Shown: piece by piece, positions 27,501 through 40,310 of the stretch | How positions within the stretch are numbered: position 1 is the first letter of the stretch | Layout: every line of letters starts with the position of its first letter | Source of the DNA: Octopus vulgaris | Lineage: Eukaryota | Direction: 5' to 3' | Length of the DNA: 64,000 nucleotides | Assembly (NCBI GenBank): GCA_951406725.2 | Contig: OX597822.1 | Coordinates: 17,980,001-18,044,000, forward strand | Notes under the pieces: generated by a model | What the model was told of the DNA's origin: nothing | The model's database searches: none | The model's input: the letters and a program-made list of their open reading frames with translations, nothing else | Program-made: the position numbers and the translations under genes

Positions 27501-28897
27501 ATATGTGTGTGTGTGTGTATGTATATATGCATATATGTGTATGTATATATATATGTGTATATATATGTGATGATGATGATGTATGTATAAGTATACATTT
27601 ATTTATAGGTGTGTGCTTGTGTATACATGTGTGCACACCCAGTTATGCATGTATACATACATACTTGTGTGTATGTGTGTGTGTGTGTGTGTGTAATTCT
27701 GTTCACTATCAGGATTGTACTGTGATGCCAGTAATAGGTAGGGAAGGGACTGAATTAGCCTTGGAATTCTTCTTGTACTTTCACTGTGCCTGGGCTTAGC
27801 GAGATAATTGAAAGAAAATTGATCTAAACTGAATTGTAATTTGCTTTTTAGGTTAGCAGTGTTGTTTTGTTGTGATTATTTACATTGCCTGGCTTAGGTA
27901 TCGTGTCAACTCGCTATTAGCATGTCATTTGTTATTACTTGAATCTGTAAAGTTTGTTGGCACCTTATTTGATATAAATCTTTATTTCACCAATGTCACT
28001 TTATGCTGTTTCTCTGTTGCTCTACTGATATTTGCAAAGCCTGATGTTATCACTTTACCTAGGCATAGCTATTTGTTCATATCTTTATGTAACTCCGTCT
28101 TGACCACATTGTTGACAACTCTCACAAAATCTTCACATTCTTCAATAAAATGAACGCTGTTTGAAATATTTTTCCTCACTACATTAAATATGATTAAATA
28201 TGAACTTAACTGTTACTTTTTTTGAGGATGGCATGTCTGAGCAATTTATTTCAATCATTAGGATAACTTATGATGTCTCCTCATGCACATTACTGTATAT
28301 TGATACAGTGATTCTGTTATTACTAATGAGGGAAATATGGAGAAAACTATATTTTGCTGAGGAGGTGTAATGAGTTTGAAACATGTATACAGTTGTTGCC
28401 CATACTTGCCAAAAATCAGATGAAATAAATTCTAGTGATTAGAATAATGATTTTTTTTTTTATCATTGTATTTTTAATATCGATAGGTATCTAGTTGGTT
28501 AGTATCCTTAGAAAGTCAACTGGAATGTCTTGTCATTTCTTTCAATCCTTTCTACACTGAGTTCAGTTCCTACCAAGGTCAACTTTGCTTTCATTCTTTT
28601 GTGATTGGGGAAAAAATATCAAATCAGAACTGTGAGAATGTGGTATCAGATACCTTGTTATATTTGTTCTGGCTCTATCTGTTTTGAGTTCAATTCCTGC
28701 CACTGCCTATTATGGTATTTGACTTGATCTCTCACCTCATTGAACACCTCTATCTTACACCTTGGGTCCATAAATAAAGCTGAAGATCTCTGATATGAGG
28801 ATACTTTTCTCCCTTCCTGCCCTCTTTTGGAGGCCCTGTAAAAGGTTACTGCCTCATTTGTTAACTAAAAAGCAGAAATATTCCCTCATTGCATTAA

Positions 28898-29479
28898 CCC
28901 CTTACCTGGCAGAAACGAATATATGCGTTTTGACCGAAATCGTTTTTTTCTATCTCTGGCGAGTTAACTCGTCAAAAGATAGACTCGCCAAAATCAACAG
29001 CAAACAAGTTCCTTTGTCTATTATAAACTCTTTTTTGACATATACGAGTATATTTGCTCACTTTATACGTCTGGCAGTGACGATTTCTGCCACCTTTCGC
29101 TTGAGTAAGGCATTGAAGACTGAGTATGATTTAGTCACCTGGAGACAGTCGAAGGGTTGGAAGGCACATTTTGTGAATAGAAGTATTCACTTTGTTTTTA
29201 CGTTGTTTTTTTTATACCTTTATATTATAACCCCAACATGTCGATAACCAAATAAAATAACATGATTTTTTGTAAAAGTAATATGATTTATGAAAAAAAC
29301 GGTTAACTCGTTTCTGCCCAAAGCGGTAATTTAAAATCAATATTATTGAATTAAAATTCATAATAAATAAGGTTTGAAATATACCTCGAAATCACCATTC
29401 AAAACATAGTAAAATAAAACAATTAAAAAATATGTCTGAAAAAATACATTTATTTTCAAAATAATTGTTGGGTAAGGGG
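28898..29479. mobile_element. piggyBac-type non-autonomous element (MITE)
   Basis: TTAA on both sides (28894-28897, 29480-29483); TIR ccccttacc/ggtaagggg; internal inverted copy of the subterminal ggcagaaacga near 29307-29318. Confidence 0.75.
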
Positions 29480-31569
29480 TTAAACATTTTCCATTTAAAA
29501 CTACTTTTCACTTAAAGGAAGACCCAGCTCTTCCCATCCAGCTAAAATCTAATTCAGAAGTCCAATACTTTAATGATTCTCTTACAGAACTGAAATAAAT
29601 GCTGGAAGGGATTTGTGATTTCTTTCTTAACATTAAAGTGCTCTTCACTTCCTTCAAGATGAATGTAAACAAAGTTAGTAGGATTTTGTGAAATCATGCA
29701 TTTCAGGGCTGGCTCATAGATGCTGTCTTCTATGGAACTGTGTCTTCCATGAAGTTAAGAATTGAAAGATGTAGAACAAACAAATCTTAAAACTCAGTCT
29801 TCTATCGTGAAACTATGCCAATATAAAGATTCCTAACAATAGTGTTCAATCATTTTTGATGTAGGATTTGGTATTTTGAAATTTTTCTCACTTTTTGAAT
29901 TTTTTAAAAATTTGGTTTACATAACTATATTTTCAAATGAAATGCAGAATTTTTGCAATCTATTTCTGCTCCATTATATTCATCTGGAATTTATAATTCT
30001 ATTTTTACATAAATTTTTTGAAATCATTGAAAACAGTCAGTCATTATTTTATATTCTGTGTGTGTGTATAAATTTAAAAAAAGGATCTAAGTGAAATAAC
30101 TGACAGTCGCATGTATTTGAGGAACATAGATAAATACAGATATATCAAATACCATACAACATAAATTCTTGATTTATTATTAAAATTGTCTCTGCCTCTG
30201 AGGGATGTAACACAATTATCAAATGTCAAATGAGATCAGCTTCATATTATATAGGAAGAGAATCTCAAGAATCAAGAACTTACCAAAGATGAGATGCCCT
30301 TAAGAAAAAGGACAAGTTGATTGTTTGAAGATAAGAGGACAGTCATAAGCATATGTTTCAACCTCAACAAGCATCACCAGCATAATAATTGACTTAATTT
30401 GTCTCCAGCAGCTAAAGGACAAAAATTTATGTAGTATAGTATTTGATATACCTTTATGTGTTTATGTTGTTCATATAAGTATCATTTGCAAACATTATTT
30501 CTCTTAGCTCGTTTTTGTTTAATTTATGCTAATTAGCTAGACCCATAAATGTGTTTTACTCTTTCTGTATATATTTATGTCCCTTGTCTTTCTGATGCAG
30601 GTTAGGGCTATGGATATGTGTTTGTACCTATTGAGGTAAAAGCACTCATGTCCCTGACTTTCCTCTTATCTCCAGACAATAAGCCTCACCTTTTCTTTAG
30701 TGGCATGTCTGATTTGGAGAATTTTTGGTTCTTGAAATTCCCTTTTCCTATGGATCTGTTCTTAATTACCATTTGATAATTCTAACAAATCCTGTAAAAG
30801 TGGAAATAATTTTAATAAATCAAGTCTATGTTGTGAGGTGTATTTTTACCCATATCTCTCTCTCTAAATATGTATATATATATATAATGAATATTAATGA
30901 TGTAAGAGACATTAATACCACATGGTAATCTTTATATCCTACTTAACATGAATGTATTGTGAGAATGCCATAATGCTGCAGTGTTTGCCTTAACAAATCC
31001 TCTCATATGGATGCATAGGGCTAAGAAGTACAGCCATCTAGGCATGTTTGTGTGTCACTTTGTCTTGACATGGTATAATTGTTATTACTTGGAAAGAGAA
31101 AATGGCTGGTGGCAGAAAGGGCATGTGGATGTAGAACATCTGCGTCAATGAACTGCGTCTGCTGCATTCAAGCATGGAAAAATGAACATTAAAATGATTG
31201 ATGATATTCAGAGTTATTAACGATGGATTTATAAGCCTTCACTTACTACAGCAGGCTAACAATATCATTTAGATTAGTAAAGACCTCCGAGTATTCTTGT
31301 GGCAGGGTCCTCGGTCCTTCACTATACGGTTAGACTGGTTCTTACAAAGACAAAGCATAAATAATGGTCATGACATATTTTTCTTTATTGTAGTAAATTC
31401 AGCTTACAGCTGTTTCTAGTGATCATTATAGGTTTGTTATTGATAGGTTTACTCAAGTGATCCATTGATCAGTTGAGAAAAATTGAACAACCTACGAAAT
31501 TCATGCTACTTTCATCAGAGTCATTTAACCAGAATTGACTCTGATAAAAGTAGCATTATATCTTGCCTT

Positions 31570-31650
<81 letters not shown>

Positions 31651-32819
31651 GAGTTCTATGTCCTGCTTTGATATATCACCCATCACATTCGTTAGGAAAA
31701 TATAACCAATTGCAAAATGAAATTTCGTCACTTAGAACTTCCATGGCTTTATTTACACATTTCAGCATAAACATTAATGTTTTTGATTTTCTCTTTATTA
31801 TTTCGTTTTTTTTTTTGTTTTTGTTAATTAAGATAATGAATTTATTTTTAACTCCCTTGGTAGTATTGTAATATTAGATTTTGCCTACTAGGAAAATAAC
31901 AAATTATTTTTTATGCAAAACTAATGAATTTATTTTCAAACAGTTTCTTTTAAACTACTTGTATGTCTGGTCTTTATTTCTGTCATTTAAAATTTTATTT
32001 TATCTATTTTCTTTATACTCTTTGCAAGCATAAGCTTGTTGTTTTTTTTTTCCTTAAAAAAATAATAAAAATAAAAAGAGTGACTGTAATTAATTTTCTA
32101 CAAAGTCCGTTATTTGATTCAGATTTGTCTATCACTTATTAGTAATTATATCCCAGAGGCCATTGCCTTTTAATTTGCCTTTTAACTATGCATATGTATT
32201 TGTGCATGTGTAGTGTGTGGTTTTAATTTGATATTCTAAACTGATTTCAAACTATTTTACTACTAAATTACTAATTGGCATCATCATCATCATCATCATC
32301 ATCATCACTGTTTTACATGCACTTTCTGTGCTAACATGGACTGAGAGGTCACTCTGGTTCGAATCACTATGTCATAGAGTATCACTGCTCCACAGGATGT
32401 ATTAAGGGACATATCATGCCCTTCCTAACACCAACCACTTTCTAGAGTTCATTCAGTGCATTTTACTGGAACTAGCATTTGTGACGTTCAGTTGCCCTAA
32501 AGGGTCCTCATAACTCTGCCTTTTACAGAATGTACATCATCATCATTATCATTTTAAGGTTCACTGTTGCTTGAATGGGTCAGAAAAATTTTGTTGAAAC
32601 ACATTTTCTATGGCTGGATGCCCTTCCTGTTGCTAACCCTCACCTGTTTCTCAATAATATTTTCCCTTGAGCAGACTTTTTTTTTACTGGAAATGAATGA
32701 CATTGCTTCTATGATGGTGTAGCTTCTTTTGGACAATAATGTGACACACACACATATGCCTATACATAAATATATATACATGTGTGTGTGTGTGTGTGTG
32801 TATTCATATATGCAATACA

Positions 32820-33225
32820 GGTCTAGCAGTGTGGTTGAGAAGCTTACTTGCCAACTATGAAGTCTCATGTTCAGTCCCACTGTGTGGCACCTTGGGCAAG
32901 TGTCTTCTTCTCTAGCCTCAGGCCAACCAAAGTCTTGTGAGTGGATTTCGTTGGTGGAAACTGAATGGTGTGTGTGTGTGTGCGCACCCATGACATCATG
33001 TGGTGGCTGTAAATGACCTTCACCATTATACCAATGATGTCAAGTGTTTTCGGTCTTCCATTACAAATAGAAAGTGTTTGGGCATGGGAAATATTACCTT
33101 GCTTGGAAACAGGGGAGATTGGTGACAAGAAGGGCATCCAGCCATAGAAAAATCGGTCTGAACAAAGTTTGTCCAACTCATACAAGTATGGAATAGCAAA
33201 TGTTTAATAATGACAATGACGACAA
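32820..33225 (+). mobile_element. tRNA-headed SINE
   Basis: gcagtgtggttgagaag head, gttcagtcccact..caccttgggcaag, (tg)n, gaagggcatccagcc, (gac/gat)n tail. Confidence 0.7.
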
Positions 33226-33811
33226 GCGGCTTCTTTCAGTTTATTTTTAAACTACTGGTATGTTTTGTCTGTTTGTCTACCAAATCCACTAATGAGGCTT
33301 TGGTTAGCTCGGGGCCCCAGTAGAAGACATTTGCATAAGCTCTCTTTGCTGTGTAAGTGCTTGATTTGCTAAATACAACCTGCATATTCTCATAAAACCT
33401 CCAATGGGGAAAAAATGAAAAAAAAAAAAAAGACAGAAAGACATAATGTCTCTCACAAACTACAAGCAAAAAATATTCTGAATACGATAGATTCCAACAA
33501 GAATTCCTCGAGTAAAGAATGCAAAAGCTAAAATGTTATGTAATAACATGGTTATCAAAAGCTTTAAACAATAAATCACCTAAAATTAAAAGGTAGTTTT
33601 TGTTTTCTTTTGTGTCATTCTTAATAAGGCTAATCAAGATTTACATAGAGAATTTAATGATAATTAGGAATTAAGAAGAAAGAGGAAGAGAAAATATATT
33701 CCTTGAGTAAAAGAAAAGTGAATTTTATTTTTTATTGTAAAGAAAATACAATATAGAATGGCAGGCAGAAGTGACTGACTTTTGGGTAGGGACATGGGTT
33801 TATCCATGTTA

Positions 33812-33859
<48 letters not shown>

Positions 33860-33899
33860 CCCTAAATTTTTATATATATATATATACACACACACACCC

Positions 33900-34650
33900 A
33901 TGAGGGCTGCCTGTAAAGTTTATACGATGACGAAGATATTATCATGGAATGTGACCAAATAAGGTATATTTTGCTAGATAGTCCTCTTTGCAGTCCACAC
34001 ACATCTTTCATTAGTGTTGCAGTGCTTGGATGCCATTGTGGTAGAATCTTTCATCATGTTGGTCAAAAAATTCATCAACAGCAGGTATGACCTCATCATC
34101 ACTGCAATTCTGGTTCTCAGCAAAATATGTACCCTTTTACCAAAAGTTAGTGAAATATTTAAAATGTTTACAGTTGGACAGATAGACAAATATAACAAAA
34201 TAATTTGATAAAAAATGTGAATTTTTAATTATTTTCTGAGATTTTACAAAAACAACAAAAATATTTTTTAATTTTGAGGAACAGATGATAATCAGATGGG
34301 GACAAACCAGGAGAAGAGGAAGGCTGGTCAACCAGTTCGCAACAGCTTTTAAAACCAAGGACTTGTGTACTGGAGAATTGTCCTGATGAAACAAAATGCC
34401 TTTCATCAGTTGTTCTGGGTGTTTGGTGTGGATAGTCTTTCATAACTACCTCAGCAAGTTCTCATGGTACTCTCCACTGGTGGTGTGGTTCATTTGAAGA
34501 TAGTGAATAAACATAATGCCTCTTGCATCCCCCAAAACATGAGGCCATAAATTTCTTTGCAGATGAAACGGCGTTGGCCTACATTGGAGCAGATGAGGAA
34601 AAGCATTTCCACTTTGTGGACTGTCTCTTTGTCTCTGGCTCAAAGTGACA
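33900..34650 (-). mobile_element. Mariner relic
   Basis: GDARGIMFIHYL, GILFHQDNSPVH, SPGLSPSDYHLF motifs; TIR-like tgagggctgcctgtaaagttt at the low end. Confidence 0.75.
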
Positions 34651-34776
34651 AAGCCATCTGTGTGACACCTTTGGCAAATATCTTCTTCTATGGCCTTGAG
34701 TAGACCAAAGCCTTATGAGTGGATTTGGTGGACAGAAACTGGAAGAAACCCATCAGATATACACGGGGGATATACA

Positions 34777-35110
34777 TCATCATTGTTTTATGTCCGCTTT
34801 CTATGCTAGCATGGGTTGGACGATTTGACTGAGGACTGGCAAACGTGATGGCTGCACCAGGCTCCAATCTGATCTGGCAGAGTTTCTACAGTTGGATTCC
34901 CTTCCTAATGCCAACCACTCCGGGAGTGTAGTGGGTGCTTTTACATGCCACCGGCATGGGGGCCATTTAGGCAGTACTGGCAACAGCCATGCTCAAATGG
35001 TGTTTGTTACGTGCCACCTGCACAGGAGCCAGTCCAGTGGCACTGGCAATGATCTCGCTTGAATGTTTTTCCACGTGCCACCGGTACAAGTGTCAGTAAG
35101 GTGACGCTGG
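34777..35110 (-). mobile_element. SINE/RTE-related repeat
   Basis: Reverse-complement copy of the 6045-6435 family. Confidence 0.7.
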
Positions 35111-35339
35111 GAGTAAGGCGGTGTGTGTATGTGTGTGTGTTTGTGTATATGTTTGTCCCCCACCACTGTGTGACAACTGCTGTTTGTGTGTTTATGTCCC
35201 TATAACTTAGTGGTTTGGCAAAAATTACTGATAGATTAAGTACCAGGCTTTCAAATAAAAAAAAATCCTGGGGTTGATACATTTGACTAAAAATTCTTCA
35301 GTGCCCCAGCATGGCCAGTCTAATGAGTGAAATAAACAA

Positions 35340-35693
35340 AAGTGTTCTCCTCACTTGTGAGTTTCCTACCATAAACCAAATAGTACCACTTCCACACCCA
35401 CCCACCCAATGTTCACCAGATTTAGCACCTGAGGACTGCCATCTCTTCCCAAAGATGAAAGTGCAGCTCAAAGGTCACCATTTTAACACCATTGCCAAAA
35501 TCTAGAGCAAATCACAGAAGGTCCTCAACTTGCTTATGGAAAGTGACTTCTAGACCAGATTCCAAAAGTGGCAGGAATGCTAGGACTGGTGTATTGCTGT
35601 GCAAGGTAACCATTTCGAAAGTGATGATGTTAAAACTTAAGGAAAGAATTTTTTTTTAATTAAACAGAACTAGTCTGGGAACCCTTTGATACC

Positions 35694-35697
<4 letters not shown>
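35340..35697 (+). mobile_element. Mariner 3' fragment
   Basis: PHPP..SPDLAPEDCHLFPKMKVQLKGHHF motif; TIR-like ctttgataccacctc. Confidence 0.7.
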
Positions 35698-35774
<77 letters not shown>

Positions 35775-36479
35775 GTGTTTGTACATGATATATTTATATA
35801 CATACATGTATGTATGTATATTACATGTAGAAACATACATATATGTATGCATTATATATAAATAAATATGTGTGTGTGTCAGTGTATGTGGATGTAGATG
35901 TTCATATGCAAACACATCAACACATATTTCTACCCATTCCACTGTTAGTAATCTAATGTATTTCATGAAAATAAAAACGCACAACTAATTAATCAGTGTC
36001 CAGGTATTTATTAGCCACTGGAATTCCTTCTATTTATTCAGTATTTGCTAATATGCTTCTTAGAAAATAACTGTAAGTAGGGTTGTTTTTTTCTTTGTTG
36101 TTGCTGTTTCTTTCTCTCTCTGCTAATTACACAAGAAACAGGTAAATTTCTAAAATCTTGGCAAATGATTTGATATTTTGTAATCCTGCAACATATTTTC
36201 TCCCTCAAGTAATTGCTGCCAAACAGACAATAAAACTACTCTTCACAAGTCTTTCATATAAAGAATACTTAAATTTTTTCTCACAGCTTTGTCTTGTGAT
36301 TAAGAACAAAAATACCAGAATTAAACTCTCACATTTGCCACTAATATTGGAACATCTGCCTCTCAGACTAATATTGCACTTATATTTTGTCTGTTTTTCT
36401 TTCTCTCTCTCTCTCTCACACACACACGCATAGAATTACGAAATCCTAACATAAAATGTCTATAACAGCAAAATTTATC

Positions 36480-37095
36480 TGGAATATCTGGGCAAAGTTC
36501 AGAGAGCTCTTACCTCTGCTGGTGACAAAAGGCCTCTCGCTCAGAGTAAAAGGCAGACTGTATGACGCATGTGTACGAACAGCCATGCTACATGGCAGTG
36601 AAACATGGGCCGTGACTGCTGAGGATATGCGTAAGCTCGCAAGAAATGAAGCCAGTATGCTCCGATGGATGTGTAATGTCAGTGTTCATACCCGACAGAG
36701 TGTAAGTGCCTTGAGAGAAAAGTTGGACCTAAGAAGCATCAGTTGTGGTGTGCAAGAGAGACATCTACGCTGGTATGGACACGTGGTAAGAATGGATGAA
36801 GATAGTTGTGTGAAAAAGTGCCACACCCTAGCAGTTGAGGGAACCTGTGGAAGAGGTAGACCCAGGAAAACCTGGGATGAGGTGGTGAAACACGACCTTC
36901 ACTCTTTAGGTCTCGCCGAGGAAATGACCAGAGACCGAGACCTTTGGAAGTATGCTGTGCGTGAGAAGACCCGGCAGGACAAGTGAGGCCATAATCCGTG
37001 GCCCCTACCTAGGACGTAGTCAGTCCACCTGTGCATACCTTCCTTCTTGGGACACATAACTCTACTTGTGAAGACCTGTTGAGGCAAGTGAAAAT
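36480..37095 (+). mobile_element. RTE-clade LINE 3' end (ORF C-terminus and 3' UTR)
   Basis: YDACVRTAMLHGSETW, LRWYGHVVRM, GRGRPRKTWDEVV are hallmark RTE C-terminal motifs. Confidence 0.9.
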
Positions 37096-37099
37096 CAAA

Positions 37100-37550
37100 A
37101 TCGAAGAATCAAATCAAATCGAAATCAATCCACATCAATGGAATTTGTAGTGTGTGGTACCAGTGCTGGTAGCACATAAGAGAACCATCCAAATGTGGCC
37201 GTAGCCAGCACCACATCGACTGGCCTCCGTGCTGGTGGCACGTAACAAACACCATCCGATCGTGGCCGTGCCAGCCCTGCCTGGCTTCCATGCTGGTGGC
37301 ACGTAAAAAACACCATCCAAGCGTGGCCATTCGCCAGCCTCGTCTGGCACCTGTGTCGGTGGCACATAAAAAGCACACACTACACTCACAGAGTGGTTGG
37401 CGTTAGGAAGGGCATCCAGATGTAGAAACACCGCCAGATCTGACTGGCCTGGTACAGCCTTCGGGCTTCCCAGAACCCAGTTAAACCGCCTAACCCATGC
37501 TAGCATGGAAAGCGGACGTTAAACGGTGATGATGATGATGATGATGATGA
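37100..37550 (+). mobile_element. SINE/RTE-related repeat with tandem ~60-bp units
   Basis: Same family as 6045-6435; (gat)n tail. Confidence 0.75.
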
Positions 37551-37692
37551 TCTCTGGGTCTGGTCTACCAAAGTGCAAAAGCTCATGCACACACTATCAC
37601 TTTGTCAGTTACAATGACAAGTGTCCCAGCACTCAGTTTGGGTGTTGTGCTGGAATACAGAATACTGCACTGTTTACCAACATAGACTTGTG

Positions 37693-38100
37693 GTACAGTT
37701 CTATATCTAAGAGATGAGGAATTATGTACATTATTTACGTTATTTACAGTTGATGGATATTTGTCCTCATCTTGTTTGTTGTTAACACAATGTTGTGGCT
37801 GATATACCCTTCAGCCTTCGTTAGGTGTCTTGGGGAAATTTCGAACCTGGGTTTTCAATCCACGGGCATATGGTGTGGTGGTTAAGAGCACGGGCTACTA
37901 ACCCCAAGATTCCGAGTTTGATTCCAGGCAGTGATCTGAATAATAATAATAACACCGAAAAATATCTTAGGAATGAGAACCCAGGTTTGAAATTTCCCCA
38001 AGACACCTAATGAAGGCTGGAGGGTATATCAGCCGAAACATTGTGTTAACAACAAACAAGTTGAGGACAAATATCGTCAATTGTAAATAATGTAAATAAT
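37693..38100. mobile_element. Fold-back composite element: tRNA-like head plus Penelope-like 3' end with hammerhead-like motif
   Basis: Arms 37693-37860 and ~37971-38100 are inverted; tRNA-like segment at ~37864-37933; 11-bp direct repeat atagacttgtg at 37682-37692 and 38101-38111. Confidence 0.75.
38002..38047 (+). ncRNA. Minimal type-I hammerhead ribozyme-like motif (degenerate)
   Basis: gacac-CTAATGA-A-GGCTG(gagggtatat)CAGCC-GAAAC-AT-T-gtgtt; stems I and II pair; G5 and stem III are altered. Confidence 0.55.
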
Positions 38101-38908
38101 ATAGACTTGTGATGCCTGAATAGACAGTGGGTATTCTATAGATCATTGGCAGTGGGGTCAACTGCTATGTCTCCACAGGACATCTGTCATTGACAAGCTG
38201 AAGGAAGGGTGAATTCATATGATCTGGCAGTTCAAGTGGCTGCAGTGGACAGTTATTGCCTGTCAGTGATATAAACACAAGTGCTTTTATGCATCACAAG
38301 TCCATACAAAAGATCCTCTCGTGGTAAATAATGCAGTATTCAACATCCATGTGAGTGCCTGATAAATATTACCAATCAACGTCCAGATTTATGCATACTG
38401 TTGTTGATGTATATGTGCATTCATGTAGAGATACACATATATGATTGCGAAGCATATATCATTATCCTACATGTGGCTTTGTTCGTTCCTGGCCTTTCGT
38501 GAAAAACATGTCTCACTATCGAAAAACAATATTCTGCTTGGACACAGATGAAGGTTGGTGACTGGAAGTGCATCCAGCTGCAGAAAATTTGCCCTGATAA
38601 ATCTTGTTTGACCCATGCCAGCATAGAAAGGCTGTTGTTATTATTCATAAATCATAAACTGTCCTTGTAATGTTTCCCTCACCTGATACCCTTGTGACAA
38701 ATAAAAGAAAATCATTATGATTAATAGTATTATTAGTATACATATAACTGTCATCATTTGCTTGTTTCAGTCATTGGACAGTGGCCATGCTGGGGCACCG
38801 CCTTGGAAAATTTTTAGTCAAACAAATCACCCCACCCCCAGTACTTCTGTTTTTTTGAAGCCTAATATTCATTTTGTCAGTCTCTTTTTTGCTGAACCAC
38901 TAAGTTAC

Positions 38909-39063
38909 ATTTAAATACACAGTCAAAGGAACCATTAATAGTTTCATGCTTTGATGATACTTGAACAGTCATATTTATAAAATACACCATGTTTAATTAT
39001 GTGCCTGTTTAAGTATCAAAAATCATGAAACTATTAATGGTTCTTTCGATTGTGTATTTAAAT
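38909..39063. repeat. Diverged inverted repeat (~70-bp arms)
   Basis: atttaaatacacagtcaaaggaaccattaatagtttcatg pairs with catgaaactattaatggttctttcgattgtgtatttaaat; abuts a truncated SINE. Confidence 0.75.
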
Positions 39064-39959
39064 TAATATTTATCTCTCACTAGATGGAGTGCTTTTTCTA
39101 GATTCTATCAGACCTGTAAATTATACACCTGTTTCTGTCCTCACCCCCTCTCTCTCTCCTCCCCTCTCTCTCTCCAGTTGGGTTACCTTCTACTTCCTCT
39201 ACAGCACTTTGATTCAAGTAAATAGTAATTCTCAAAAAAGTAACAAAGGAAATTTTATTCTGGTGATAACGTTTGTGTGACTAATTTGGGAATTGTTTCC
39301 CTCCACTTGTCAGAAAAATAAAATTAATATGATCCATTGATTAATATTGTTTTGTTTTGTGGGGTTCTTTTGTTGTGTGTGTATCTTTTACTCATTGCAT
39401 ATCTGTTTTTTGGGTTAAAATTTCTGAAACTGAGGAAGCTGGTTCCGTTCTGGGTTGGGAGCACTTAGTAAAGAGGAAAGTTTGTAAGAGAGCTTTGTCA
39501 GTGTGCTTGCTTCAAGGGTGCAAGGGATGAAGAATGAAGTGCTTTAGGGGTTTTTGCCTTCCATGTGACAATGAGGAAGAGAGAGAGAGAGTTGTATTAG
39601 AGAAGTCTGAGGGCAATGTGAGTGAGAAGTTTGAGGTGTGAGCTTAGGAATTACAACCGTGTTTCGTGGTCTGCTACCACAACAACTCCTTTATAGGACC
39701 CAGTGAGCTCAAGACATCATCAGGAGGAACCACGTCCAGTTTCTGCCCCTACTCCTCTACCGTTTTGACGTCCCCCCCTCCTTGGAGGTGTCTTCAGCTC
39801 TGGTGTTGGGTGCATGTCTTCTTCCTTCTTCTTTCTTCTGTTCCCTGACCTCTTCAATGTAGCATCATCGAGTGTCAGCAGGTGACTGACTGCCTTGTCA
39901 AATTTCCCTTTAAATACCTGCCTCTAGGCTCTAGCAGGCAGCCCCAGCAAGTTGTCACG

Positions 39960-40310
39960 TGACACTGTCTCAACTTTAACTGAACAATGAAGGGTGCGTA
40001 GTCTTAGCACACGTATTCTCTAAACGACCGTCACCTGTCAATCAGCGAAGATAATTCGGTGTCAGCTTGTCTCACCTAGTGATGTTATTCCCCCCCCCCA
40101 GCATGTTATTACTTTCAAGCCATTTTTGGTCTTCCAGCTCCAAGCTAGAAAAACAAATCTTCTTTTGAAAAGTGTTGTCATTTTTCTTTCAATGACGCCC
40201 CTAGCCCCCACTGCCAGGTGGTAATACTCGACATTCCATCCCTGTTCTCTGCACTCTTCGATTAGTTTTTTCATACGTCATCTCCTTTTGTTCCTCTGCA
40301 TTGCTGATGT
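39960..40310 (-). mobile_element. RLE-type non-LTR retrotransposon 3' end (HERO/NeSL-like)
   Basis: KKLIEECREQGWNVEYYHLAVGARG resembles the restriction-like endonuclease C-terminal motif. Confidence 0.65.

Noticed and set aside
30284-30411. Minus-strand segment with strong acceptor and GTAAGT donor
   Set aside because: Stops in all three frames; could be a non-coding exon, but nothing else supports it
37864-37933. Functional tRNA gene
   Set aside because: Acceptor stem does not pair well, box B is mutated and it is embedded in a mobile element; treated as a SINE head
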